Shown piece by piece: positions 1 through 12,673 of a DNA stretch of 64,000 nt. The position numbers and the translations under genes were made by a program. Below the pieces are notes generated by a model. It made no database searches. It worked only from the letters and a program-made list of their open reading frames with translations, and was not told where the DNA came from. Positions within the stretch are counted from its first letter, which is position 1. Each line of letters starts with the position of its first letter. The stretch comes from Spizellomyces punctatus DAOM BR117 (lineage: Eukaryota), in assembly GCA_000182565.2 (NCBI GenBank), contig KQ257466.1; one strand, 5' to 3'.

Positions 1-534
1 AAAGTATATCACTTTTGACACTGTTTATCACTCGTCACCCCCCGTGGGGGGCCTCACCCTCTAGGGCCTAGACTCTAATCATGCAAACTAATGCAACGGA
101 TGAAACTGGATTGATGAGCAGAGTACGAGTGGTCTTTCACTTTTATTAAAACTAGCTCTGTATCAAAACACCCCACACCCCAAAGGCCCAGACCCTCTCT
201 CATCCCAAACCCAAGCTCGTAACATTTCAACAATGTAGTGTTCCAAAACGGGGGGAGGCATCTTACACAGGGCTTTGACATGGAACAAATACCAAAATGG
301 AATGGAGAGTGCGTTCTTGTTATTCTTGAAATATGTACATCATGTTTTTGTAAAAAAAAAAAAAAGGGCAACAATACCCTCCAGTCTCCCCCTCAACTAA
401 ATACACACACACACGTACAGAGATACAAATATTCCTTTGTCCGCTCCGAATCAATAAAATATCGCATTCACCATCTTTGCTCATGTACAATGTCAACCCG
501 ATTCCTCTACCCTTAGCTCACGATATGCATTGCT

Positions 535-1454
535 TCATTTCTTGCTCGTGTTCGTGTTGGTGTTCACGGGTTGGCCAGTCCCCTCAGCCTTCTTTCTCGA
601 CGCCCAATAGTTTTGCCCATACGACACAGTCAACTCTTCTCCTGGGTACAGAGGCTTGATCGACACGTAGATCGGTCTCCACAGATTATTCCACGGAACG
701 TAAACAACATCACAGTTGGGATCATCATCATGGTTTACAAATCTCGCAATGTTGCCGATAAATTGGGAATCAACACCCAAGGCCATGATATTCCCATTCT
801 CATCACGAATCCGACTGTAATAATGCCATTCGTAATCCGTTGATCGCGACGAATTCACCAGCATGCCAGAATACTCGGTAATGAACGCATAGGGAGGGAT
901 ATACGCATCGGTAAACACTCCAAACTTTTTAGCTTCCCCCGTCCATTGAACGTAAAACCGTCTATCGTTGGTAATAAACTTATCCAGAATAGGTCCAAAC
1001 ACACGGGCATAATTATCGTATAATTCCTTTTCGGCGACGTAGTACTCGTCTTTTGTCAAGTCGTGGGATTCAATGTACGGTTTGAGAGAATCGGGGATAA
1101 TAAGGTTGTGAGTGTGTCGGAGGCCGAACCATGTTTCGAAATCTTCGGGGTAGAACCGACGGGTTTTCCAGGCTTCGACCGCGGGTGCGGCTGTTTCCAC
1201 TGTACCCGCAGTGGATGGGAACAGTGTTTGGATCTTTTCCAATTTCAGTGCCTAAGATTTTTGACAAACAGCAAAATTGCAATGAGCATCTTTTGCTCAT
1301 TTCCGCCCCTTGGTTCTCTAAACTCCTGTTCTTTTACCTGACTCCCCAACAAGATTCCAGCAATAAAAGTAATCGACAAGACAAAGTACCGCTTGGCACT
1401 CGACGACCCTTGCGAAATGGGCTTGTACCCCTTTTGTGTATGCGCTTGACCCAT
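535..1454 (-). CDS. SET-domain methyltransferase with N-terminal hydrophobic anchor (2 exons; intron 1252-1337)
   Basis: SET motifs GVFT..EYSG, GNIARFVNHDDDPN, GEELTVSYGQNYW. A GT..AG intron joins MGQAH...RYFVLSITFIAGILLGSQ in frame to ALKLEKIQ. Confidence 0.88.
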
Positions 1455-1619
1455 CCTTGTTAATATGTGTAAAAGAAGGAAACTGGGATATGGAAGAGAG
1501 AGGAGGGAATCACTCATAAGTTTCCTTTAAATACTCGCCATTGTCTTTCTACCCAAAAAGATTGGGTTCCCCATCCAATATGAAAGTCAACGATCCAGAT
1601 TAGTTTTTGAAACAACGTT

Positions 1620-2740
1620 TCATTTAAGGTTACTCGTTGTGCAGCGCCACTGGGCCGCGTACCATGACTGTGCCATGGATGGGACCATATGGCCGGGGGG
1701 TAAATCAATTGATGAGTGGCTTATTAGCAATGCGAGAGGGGAGTACAAGGCGGCGGTTACTGTGGGTGGATCCGACGGTAACTTTGCGAGTGGACAAAGA
1801 AACCCCCGCGGCAAGTTGACAAACGAAAGAAGTTTGCAAATAAAGAGAACAAAACTCGCAATACCAGCCGTTTACTGTACAGTGTGGAAATGGATGGCAA
1901 GGGCAATAGCCGTCATGTTTTGAAATATAGGACACTCCCACTTTTCCATCCAATTTGATTTTTTCATTGTCTCATTAGCCGCACTCGGAATGACTCGGCA
2001 AGACCCCCATTGCAGAACCCGACATCTTGCGACAGTTTATGGTATGACGAGTGTAAACAACTAGGTCTCTATTCAAAAACAAACCAGTCGGCGTCATTTT
2101 CGTCTCCTGCCCATATATGGGATCATCACGCCAAGAACCCGCAATATACGGGACATGGTTCAATTCATAGCGGTGGACAAAGTGCCGATATGACGAGTTG
2201 TTAAACAATAGGGCTTCATTTGAAAGCAGTGAGAGACTGTACAAATCCCCCCATTTGTCTCCTTCCCCCATACACGGGATCGACCTGGAAATCTAAAGAG
2301 GCAATGGACGGTGGGTGGAAATGAGCCGGGTATGACGGAACTTTATAAATAACAAGTCAACTGTAAAGTTCTGTACCACAATGGCCATTATATCTCTTTC
2401 GCCCAGTTTACTTTGACCCATCCCATGCCAAGCAACACCCGCATAAAGAAATCTATGGCGTCAGTTCATGGGGACGGGTGGTAAGAGTTTCTAAAATAAA
2501 AACACTGTAAACAGGTTGAATTCGGTAAAAGAATTCACCAGACTATTACACCTTCCAGCACTCAACAACAATAAACAAAAGAAAACAACACACAAGGCAC
2601 AAAATACCCGCATCTTCCCCTCACAATTACCATTGACGTATTGCAACCCTCGCACTCTAAAAAAGCGGTCCATATCTGAACCATTCAACATCCCCCAAAT
2701 AAAATCTTGTCCCCCAAAAACCAAAACAATAGTTACCTAT
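1620..2740 (-). pseudogene. Probable degenerate multi-exon gene of unknown family
   Basis: Protein-like segments (DFIWGMLNGSDMDRFFRV..., GDKWGDLYSLSLL...IAGSWRDDP, NWMEKWECPIFQNMTAIALAIHFHT) flanked by plausible GT..AG introns. They are interrupted by in-frame TGA/TAA and at least one frame break. Confidence 0.4.
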
Positions 2741-3071
2741 GTATAGCACACATAAAAAAGTGTCTCTCTTGTAATCACCCACTGGTACCAATAAAAGACA
2801 AGTGTTCCAAATCGATGAGTGGTAGAATTGAGCGGCTCACTTCACAACAACACACACAAAACCCACACTTGCCAAAAATAAATCCACTCGCTGAACCGTG
2901 ATTTGATAAGGTATTTTATTAAGTTACGGAGGGAGTGTTCAATTTGGGCAAGTTTCGTATTTTTTTTATTATTATTAGAGTATATAAAAGTAAGCAGTCC
3001 CCAGTTTTTTTCCTTCCTTGCTCCATTTCGGTTTATTTCCGTATTTTGCGTGCGTTGCATCGCTTGTTGAA

Positions 3072-4696
3072 ATGAATATGGCTCCTTCAACAAATTCAAC
3101 TGGTGTTGATGATGATCAATGGAAATGGGATATGGTTGTGCAATCAGTATATGGTTCAGTAAGTGTTACAAAAAAAAATAGAATGTACCGTTCGTTTTTG
3201 TTAAATTTCGACTTTTGAATTTTTCTGATTTTTAGTCGATTGTGTCGATTATTGCTTCGAGTTTGGTGTTGGTTGCGTATGGGTTTATGTATTGGTTACG
3301 ACCCGCTCAGGTAAAAACCATCATCATTTTGAAAAAAATGTCAATATCCGCACCAAACAAAAAAAAAAAACTAAAACATGCCCTACATGTACCATTATTA
3401 TTAGGCAAATCGCATATCCCTCCGCCTAAGCGTCATCATCGCCTTTAGCGACATATTCTACGCCCTCTTCCTCCTCATCTCCAACATCCCATCCGTAACA
3501 GAAGGCCCAACATGCACATCCTCCGTCTACCTCCAATTCGCATTCGAATTACTCAGTCTATTCGCAACAGCAGCGATTGCCTTGAATTTATTAATGGTGT
3601 TTGTGTTTCGGATGGAGGCGAAAAAGAGGTTGGAGAGGTGGTATTATGGCGTAGGTGGGGTTTTGGCTTTTGGGTTACCGTTGATTGCGCTTGTGGCGGG
3701 CCGGTTGGGGTGGGATGAAGGTAAGAGTTTTATTGTTTTTTTTTACGGTGCAACAAAAATGTGAAAAGGGTTTACTAATTGGTATCTTTTCTTTGGGGCA
3801 CATTTTAGTGAATGAAGAGTGTTGGATTAGATCTGCAAATGATAGCAAAGCTTCAACCATGGCATGGAAATGGTAAGTCCCGACCTACAAACAGAACTTG
3901 AACCCATATCTACCTTTTCACATCGTCCCTAACCCATCCTTTTTTTAACTTCAAATAGGGGTATCCTCTACTTTTGGGTAGCAGGCATCAGCCTCTTTTG
4001 CACAGTCGTAACCATCCTCGTCTACTTTTTCCTAAAACGCACGGGCGTCCCACTCCCAACAACCGAATCCACTCCCTCAAACCCAAACAACACAGTCCTC
4101 TTTCGACGAACCCAACGTATCATCCAACGAGCTGTATCCCGTATTGTCGTGTATTGTCTCGTACCCATTGTTTCTCAGTTTTGGAATATTGTTTTGGATG
4201 GGTTGTTGGAGGCTGGAAAAGATCCTTGGTGGGTTTATGTTTTAGCCAATGTATTTAGTGGGTTACAGGTAAAAAAACCGTTGGTGACGTTATTTCTGGT
4301 CGTCTTTGAAAACCCGACACTCACCCCCTTTTTTTTATGATATAGGGCACATTTAACGCCCTCGTCTTTTTCACAATCGACCCAGCAGTCTCCAACATCC
4401 GCGAAGAACTCCGCCGTCGCATCATCAAAAAATACTACCTAACCTCAACCGTCCCCCAAACCCTCTTTGAACGCTTCCGATACGCACTCATCCAAAAAAC
4501 CCTGCTCCGTAAACGAGATTTGAAACAACCTTCAGTAATAAACAAGAGTTCTGCATCGGTTTTGCAGAGCGAGACGAAGACGAGGCCGTCGCAGTTTCGA
4601 TCGGAGGATGTGGATTTGGTTCAGCATGCGAAACCGGGTTTGGTTGAGAGTGGGGTTGCGAGAGAGGGGGAGGCGGATGTTATTGCGTTTTTGTGA
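3072..4696 (+). CDS. 7TM GPCR, cAMP-receptor-like/Git3-type (about 6 exons)
   Basis: Spliced product has seven hydrophobic helices: SIIASSLVLVAY, RISLRLSVIIAFSD, C..SVYLQF..LLS, WYYGVG..LPLI, ECWI loop, RIVVYCLVPIVSQ, LQGTFNALVFFTIDPAV. Canonical introns, e.g. 3721-3808. Confidence 0.88.
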
Positions 4697-5309
4697 TACC
4701 AGATTTTTTTTTACCTTTTTTTTGGGGGGGTTGGGTTTTTTTGTTTAAATAAAAAGTTTTTGGATTATTTGTCCCGGTTTAACTTGCATATCTCCTCGTT
4801 AATGACCATGTGGGATACTCTACGTGTTGCTCTATCAATACATTTGCCACAAGCACAATGACATCTTGATCTGGATAAAACATGTACGGTATTTACTCAT
4901 CATCCCACTTAAAAGCGCTTTTATCAAATTGCGGTTTTCTGCATGAATTGTTTGATTCGTTGCTGTTCATTAAGATGGCGTTATTAGCAAGGCAATAGGG
5001 TGTGATACGAGGTTTTTTATTTTAGGTAGAGTTTGACTAAAACTGGTATGTACGGGCAGAATCGTTGCAAACATGGTCTTGATATCATCAGAAGAAATAC
5101 ATCACATTACAGGACCCAACCCGAAAGGACATACCACTATTCGCCCCACAATCCGCTGTCCCTCTCGATCCTCATGAAATCCCCCACTCGAATGCATTAA
5201 GGTATCCCTTACGTAATCCCATATCTCCACCTACACGTGCATTCGTTGACGATCTTGGGTATCGCGGGGCGGTTGTCATTTTACTCTCGACGCACCATCT
5301 ACATAAGTC

Positions 5310-6625
5310 ATGACGGCCCAAAAGACTTTGAAACCCTTTCTTATCGCCTTTGATTTTGATTGGTAAGGAACCCACAGGGTTTCCCCTACTTTTACTGAAA
5401 TTCACGACATGCGTTTTATGGGTTTAGGACGTTGATAGACGAAGATAGCGATCGATACATATTTAGTACACTATCCCCTCCACTTTTGAAAAAGGTGAAT
5501 ATGTAGTGTTTGATCAATGGTGTTAGTTCTCGGATGTTCACATTTGTGTGTTTTTTTACTCTCTAGTTGTATGAGTTACATGGAACTGTTCAATGGACGG
5601 ATTTAATGGTTTGTGTGTTATGTTTTTCGGATGTGACAGTATTTTAGTAACAAGGTTATTTTGTTGTTTGGTTTGTATAGGCTCAACTCCATGAAGAAAT
5701 GTTTTTGAGTGGTGTTTCGGCTCAAGAGGTTTTAGAGGCTTGGAGGGGTATTCCATTTGTATGTATTTTGTTTAACTGTTGATTTCGGTAGGTTATGTTT
5801 TGGTAGGTTTTGTAACATTTGTTTTGTTTTTTTAGAATCCAGCAACGGCTAAAGCGATAACAAAAGCAACTGCCCACGCCAAACTGATTATTCTCTCCGA
5901 CTCGAACACGGTAGCCATTAAGGAAATCCTAGAGGTAAAAGAAAAAGAAAAACCAACCCATACCATTCCCCACATGTTTGCAAACTCTCCACTACAAACA
6001 ACTCATTAACGATGATATAGACGCACGCCCTAACACCCCATTTCGACACCATCATCACCAACCCCGCCCATTTCGACTCTACAGGATGTCTCCTTGTTCA
6101 TCGCCTGATTCCACCCACCACCCCACACTCTTGTCCAAATGGATGTGCAGTTAATATATGCAAAGGTATACTTTACCCACTCTTGTCTTGTTAGTTACAA
6201 TGTGGTATATAAGTGAACGGTTGTTTTTTTGGTTTTTTGTTTTTGATAGGACAAGCTTTGATGGAGTATATACATACCCACGGACCCTTTGACCACATTA
6301 TTTACGTTGGAGACGGTCGAAATGATTTATGCCCTGCTACAAAACTATCCAGGTACCATCATCCCCCCAAATAAACACACACCCACATTGCCACTAACTT
6401 TTAATTTTCAGTACCGACTATGTCCTCCCACGAACAGGTCACGCCCTCGCATCCCTCCTCTCCCCCACATCCCCCGTAACATCTCCAGGCCTTCCAGACC
6501 CAGTCCGATCTGTACCGGATTCGGTTGTAAGGAAGGTGTGTGCACGTGTTGTGTTTTGGAAGGATGGTGGGGAGTTGGAGAGGGTTTTGGATGAGGTTTT
6601 GGGAGGGGTTCAGGATGGGGTTTGA
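5310..6625 (+). CDS. PHOSPHO1/2-like HAD phosphatase (pyridoxal-phosphate/phosphoethanolamine phosphatase family; about 8 exons)
   Basis: Spliced motifs AFDFDWTLIDEDSD (DxDxT), ILSDSNT, IITNPA, CPNGCAVNICKG, YVGDGRNDLCP. Confidence 0.9.
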
Positions 6626-7157
6626 GTAAAGTGTTTATTCCTGGTTGCGTAGATGGGTGTAATATACCTGCGTGATACATAGACTTTGCGATATGATATT
6701 AAGTGTCCGTTCACCTTTGTGTGTCGAAAAGGTTTTACTGTTGTCCAACCGATCCTTGTTATTTCGGGTTTGTCTGAACAAGACACAGAGTGTTCGAAGA
6801 AGCCCCCTGTTGCAAAAGGTGGGGGGACATGAATGATATCTGCATGGAATACCGTGGGGTTGACTATTGGAGATAATACATCTTTTGCATGTAGCGGATG
6901 CTTTGGGGATGGCCGTATCGAGTAGCTAATGCGTTATATTGAATAAGTGAGAGCTACGTTTTGTCTAATAAACACGTATGGAACGAAATCTGCTTATCAA
7001 GAAAACCAAACGATATGTTCAATACCATCTCGTATTGAAAATCTATAGGAGAAGCATTACAATAAATAATAAAAGATATATCATTCTTGACCCCAATTCA
7101 TCTACTCTTCCATTTGTCCATTGCAACTTTAATATGGATACCACACACATGCAAATA

Positions 7158-8090
7158 CTAACGCACCCTCCCAGACCCCTTTCTGAATTTATTCCTTCTC
7201 GCCCCGGAAATCACCGCCGACGCCGGCCGTCCACTCGGGTTCCTAATCTTCCAATACTCCAACCTCCCCTCCATGTACCTCTCACCCTCACGAACAAGTG
7301 CGCCCACATCGCCATTAGCAGCGCTCATAAAAACAGGGTCGGAAGCTAATCCCCGCAAAAACACTCGGTCCTCATACAACTCTTCTAAAAGATTTCGCTC
7401 AAAGGTTTCAGTATCGTACGGCGTGGTGGGACGTTGCGTGACATTTTCAACTTGTCGTGTAGTCGTAGACCTCCGCGCAGGTCCGACCACACCTGGATGA
7501 TACACCCCAACACCTTTTGAACTCTTTGTACTCGTCTCTCGCTCCTTTTTCAATTGACTCGCATCAATCCCCTGAATAGCCACCATGATCGCCTGCTTAC
7601 ACCTCAAAACCCCAACCCGAAACTCCTCAACATCAGCCCGAAGGTACGCCCCACGATGATACCACACCAACGCATCCTCGAAATTCCCAGCCGCGAATAA
7701 CGCCTCTGCTTTCGCGGCGAGTGCTTTCGCGAAAGATGGATCAGCCTTGAGGGCTTGTTCCGCATCTTGGAGGGCTATTTCGTATTCACCTTGGAGTATT
7801 CGGCATTTGGAACGGAGTGATAGGGCCGTGGGGTCTGTAGGTCGGGTTTCAATCGCGCGAGTGTAAAGGGATATCGCGGCGGAATAGTGACCTTGGCGGG
7901 ATAATCGCTCGGCTTCGGCTACGAGAGCTGGAAAGAGGGCTTGGGATTGCGCGATGAGGGACGTTGAAGGTGGATTAGCGCTTTCGGGGGTTTTGGGTTT
8001 GGGAGGTGATTGTTGTTGGGTTGAACGGGTTGGTTTGGGTTTTTTGGGTGCGATGACCGTGCGGGTTGGGATTGGGCTGCGTGTTGGCAT
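7158..8090 (-). CDS. ODAD4: Outer dynein arm docking complex TPR subunit (TTC25/ODAD4), intronless
   Basis: Three TPRs followed by the TTC25-type segment LLEELYEDRVFL...GERYMEGRLEYWKIRNP. Confidence 0.82.
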   Translation of the reverse strand: MPTRSPIPTRTVIAPKKPKPTRSTQQQSPPKPKTPESANPPSTSLIAQSQALFPALVAEAERLSRQGHYSAAISLYTRAIETRPTDPTALSLRSKCRILQGEYEIALQDAEQALKADPSFAKALAAKAEALFAAGNFEDALVWYHRGAYLRADVEEFRVGVLRCKQAIMVAIQGIDASQLKKERETSTKSSKGVGVYHPGVVGPARRSTTTRQVENVTQRPTTPYDTETFERNLLEELYEDRVFLRGLASDPVFMSAANGDVGALVREGERYMEGRLEYWKIRNPSGRPASAVISGARRNKFRKGSGRVR

Positions 8091-9579
8091 TGTTTAGGCT
8101 TTCTCTCTTTTGTTTTTTTGTGGTATGTATGTATGTGCGTGTATGTCGTTGAAGAAATGCAAATGCTTGCTCTCTATCCGCACTTTACAACTCTCGAACT
8201 TTTAACACAACACAAAAACCCCAGACCTTTACTCTTATACCCAACCAATTACGCTAAAAAAACCCCCAATACAAAAAAAAAAGCACATGCCACACATCAT
8301 AACATCAACTATTTACACATGCTCTAAAAATGTTACCAAAAATATTTTCACGCATATCAAGGACCAACCCCCATCTACAATATAGTATGCAGGGGGTTAG
8401 GGATATCATTGGGATTATGTTTTTGCGGGAGGACTTTACGGAATTTTGCGCATGGTTGTGAACTTTTTGTGTCAAGTTGGCGGTTCTGGGTCCCTATCAA
8501 TCAGTCTAAAGCCCTACACTGGTGGAGGAATTTTGAAGCAAGTTTGTTGGGGTGATAGGCTTTGTTTTGTAAGAAATCCCAGTCTTGCGAACAGTTGAAG
8601 GGGCGAATATCTCAATCAATGACCTTGACCAGATACCCTGAACATTCATTTGGGAAACCAGTAAAACAGAACCTTTCGTCGCTCCAAGACAAAAATCATA
8701 CTCGCCACGCACATTACCTACCTTTCGAGCATTCTACATGTAGTAATATAGTCAAGCCTTGGTCGATAAAATATTCCAATGGATATAGTACATTATCTCG
8801 TTCCATGTCCACGCCAACTTGATCACTATCTGGCTGAGTTAAGGACAATTAAAGTGTTTGCGTGTTCTTGCCCACTGTAGCCATTGGCGTGAGGACGAGA
8901 TAAAAAGTTGCCATGTCTGGCCGTTGTTCAGCAAAATGTCCATTTCCCAACATCTTATATTTAAATCCCAAAAAAACAAAAACATCAAAAAATTGGCCCG
9001 AACGCGCAGATGTTCGCTGGTTGTCTATTCCTTTAGTTCAGGCCACACCGATTGCTGTAAGAGTAGTTTAGTCGTGAACAACGGTAGTTTGTGTGGAAAT
9101 ACTCATCGTTAAGTCCAATATAGACTTTGGAGCCGACCCCGGTTAGTTCCACATGTCAAACTTCTCAGATTAGTAGCAACTTGACATCCTACTAGATGGT
9201 TGTAATAAGATTGACTTCCAGTCAATGCATTTGAAACGAGATTTGCATCAATCTTCACCATCATGACCATATAATCCATTACCTGCCTAGTCGGACCATT
9301 GCACGGGCTGTATCTATATAAAGTTCCATTGGCAATGCCCTTAACAAAGATGAGGGTCGATACAATATTCCGAACGCGACAGATAAAGGCACGAACGATT
9401 ACGGAGCCTAGTTTTAAAGGGGAACACAGCTTTGGACCAAAGGCCAAATTTGAATGAAACGAAATATCGCTTTCTTTGAAACATTGATAGAATTTCCGGT
9501 TTGCGCTTGCTGTGTCTCAACAGACTCTTCTTTTGGAACGATAAGCACTCCCTTCCTAACGGTGACATCCAGATTTCAC

Positions 9580-12190
9580 ATGATGGAGTACATGCGACCG
9601 ATAACCTCAGTTGCCAGGGCATCTCCATCTGACGACGCTACAAGTACAAAAAGCTCCGTAACAGCAGAGAACCCTCTAGCAAAGCCCGTGAGTACCAGCT
9701 CATCTCCCTCCTCATCTCATCTCCAATTAGAAGACGAGGAAACGGACCTGCAAACCTTTCGCCTCCGTGAACCATCTGGCCCAGTATCTGATTCCGAACA
9801 TGATTCCATTGTAGAAGAGGCATGGACGAGCAACGATCGTTTCGTTCCTTATCGTCGAGCTATTACCCCACCTCCTGTGGCAAGTCGTAGGGCAGCCACC
9901 GTAGATGGATCCAGCATCGTCAAAAAACCACCAACAGGACCCGTCTCGCTGTTGTGGAAACCAAAACAGCCAGTCCTACGAGACCGGGTGGGCGACATTG
10001 AAAGTGATGAGGAATCGGATGGTCTGTCTTGGTCATCGGGATCAAGCTTCTCGGTTGGGGAAACCCGACGGGGTGTATATATTCCATCAGAGTTTCGAGC
10101 AATCGGTGAAGGTCCCAAAATGGCGGATCGCATCGTGTCCATTGACGAAAACGAAGAGCATGAAGAAGGCTCATCGGCAGCGGACGACTCTGAGAACAAT
10201 GACGTGCCTTCTCCATTGTTCTCGTCATCGAATGCAAGACACGTTCGGCAGGAAACTCCTCCGCCAGTACCCACAAAAGCTTTAAGACCTGCATTGCTTC
10301 GACCTTTGGGAGCTCCATCCACAGGTCACTTGAACCGATGGAAGGTCGTAAATGATCTTGCCTCACCCAAAGAGGTCATCGAGGAAGAAGAGGAGGAAGG
10401 GGATGCAGCAAATCAGGGTTCATCTCAATCGTTGGCCGAGGAACCAACGTCTACTCCTTTAGCACCGGCAAAACTAAAAGAAATTCGGAGTCTAAGTGCA
10501 TCTTGGCGGCCCAAAATGTCAATGTTCCATAAGTCCTCATCTGGCCGCCTTGTCCCCGGTTCCAGCGAGCCCTCCACGACAGTAGACTCTGAAGACCGCA
10601 AGAAACCACCAACACATCTTAGTAGTCAAACTACACTTTCCGGATCCCAAACCTCGCTAACAGGATCACAAACGAACCTTGCGGTTCCAAAACCCGCTGA
10701 ACCAGATCAAGCTCCCGTGAAACACAAATGGTTCCGCCCGTTACGTCCATTCTTCCCAAAATTATATTCAAAGGATACCGAAAAGCAGCCGATGCAACTC
10801 CACCCATTGGCGCATGAGACCACCGTCCACTCCCTAACAAACATTGACCCACCACCCGAGTCCAAACCCAAACATCAGAAATCTTCCAAAGCATCAAAAC
10901 ATGGCCCGTCATCAGCAGCAGCAGCCAGTCGTAGAACCAAGGAAACTCCACTGTTAAAGCGATTGATGATGAGAAAGGAGAAGGCGGCGTCGAATGAGGT
11001 GGCGCCCACCAGCGACCCAGGCAAAAAAAGGCAGGACAAGGAAACTAGGCGAATGCAACCGTACACAAATCAACGTGCTGAACAGAACGGGGTTGTGCGC
11101 CATACAAGTGAAGATGACATCAGCATAGAGTCCATGGCGGAACAACAAAAGTTTGAAAGCAGATATCGGGTAACGTAAAATGACAACCCACTTGTTTGTT
11201 TATACTATGCAATATCCTCATGGTTTCTGTGTTTCAAGATTCTCAAAAGGATTGGCACAGGAGGCCACTCCACCGTCCGACTCGCACAACGCATATCCGA
11301 CGGCACCCTCGTTGTCTGCAAGTTTATTCGGGAAACATCCGTCTGGCATTGGCACAAGGATCCCCGCTCCCCAACGGGTCGGATACCATTAGAAGTGCAC
11401 ATCATGCGTCAGTTCATTGCTCAAGGAAACAATCCAGGCATTATTCGCTACATTGAGCATTATTGTGTTGAATCACGGTTCATTATCGTTATGGAGTATT
11501 TGGGTGAAGAATGGGTGGATTTGTATGATTTCATTGAAATGTACGGACCGGTCGAAGAGGAGATTACAAAGGACATTTTCGGACAGATTGTGGAGACATT
11601 ACAATATGTACATTGGAGTGGATACGTGCATAATGACATAAAAGGTAAACAAAGACAAATGACATGTCGAAACGTTATAGCAGTATCGTGTATACCCTAA
11701 CCTGATCCAAAAAAAAAAAAAAAAAAATCCTTTTAAAACAGATGAAAACATCATGATCAACACACGTACACGACAAACCAAGCTCATCGACTTTGGTTCC
11801 GCTACCCCTCTCCGACCTGGAGAAACCACCGACCTCTTTTACGGTACAAAAAAGTTTTCCTCCCCGGAAGCCGTCCAAGGTCTCGCATACTACCCAGAAG
11901 CCCAAGAAGTGTGGGCACTCGGCACACTCCTCTACGTACTCCTCTTCAAAATGGATCCATTCAAAGACGACGACGAAATTGTTGACTTGGAGATTGTGGA
12001 TCGAATTGAGGAGACTGTTGCGCGGTCAAGACGGGATGGACGGGATCCTATTCATGTTAGTCCTGAGGCGGTTCAAGTGCTCAAAGGGCTGATGGATAAG
12101 GATTGGGGAGCTAGAATGCGCATTGGAGAAATTATGAACATGAGGTTTTTTCAAGGGTATCATCAGCGGAAGAAAGTTGATGTTGCTTGA
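9580..12190 (+). CDS. Ser/Thr kinase, PASK/PIM-like CAMK group, with a long disordered N-terminus (introns 11170-11238, 11645-11741)
   Basis: GTGGHSTV loop, VVCKFI, IPLEVHIM, DLYDFIE, HNDIKDEN, LIDFGSA, FYGTKKFSSPE, EVWALGTLLY. Confidence 0.9.
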
Positions 12191-12673
12191 GAGAGTGGTG
12201 GATAGATGCAAAAAAAAAACTACTTTTTATGAACAATTTGTTTTTCAAAGGAACGAATGGATATAAAGTGTTTTGTTTAACTAGCATTATCTTTTTATTT
12301 TTGGCCTAGATCTAGTTAAAGTATTTTTTATGTTGATCGGAGCCCCCCCAATTATCCGAAGCATCCAGAAATTACAAATAATGCAAGTTGAATAGACGAA
12401 GGATCATATGTCGCGTCTGAGAGACGAAAATAGCTTCGTCTGGAAACGACAGGGTAATGCGACGTTGGGGACTCGCCCTTCATATGCGAAAATCGAATAA
12501 CAAGCAACAATAGGATTTCTGACAAAATGCATCTGTGCATGTTTATGGATCTACATGCTTGCATTTAGCGACATTTTTTTTTATAACATTGGACTGGCTA
12601 TCTCCAGTAAAACCAAGAAGAGCATCACGTCATCTCCTAAACCAAGAATTTAAGATATCCGTGTGAGTGATTC

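Noticed and set aside
1-170. GC hairpin/palindromes (CCCCCC..GGGGGG, CTAGG.CCTAG) as a possible TE or LTR end
   Set aside because: Truncated by the window edge, with no second copy or TSD visible.
9849-10366. Long antisense ORFs over the kinase and other genes
   Set aside because: Shadow ORFs of real coding sequence on the opposite strand.
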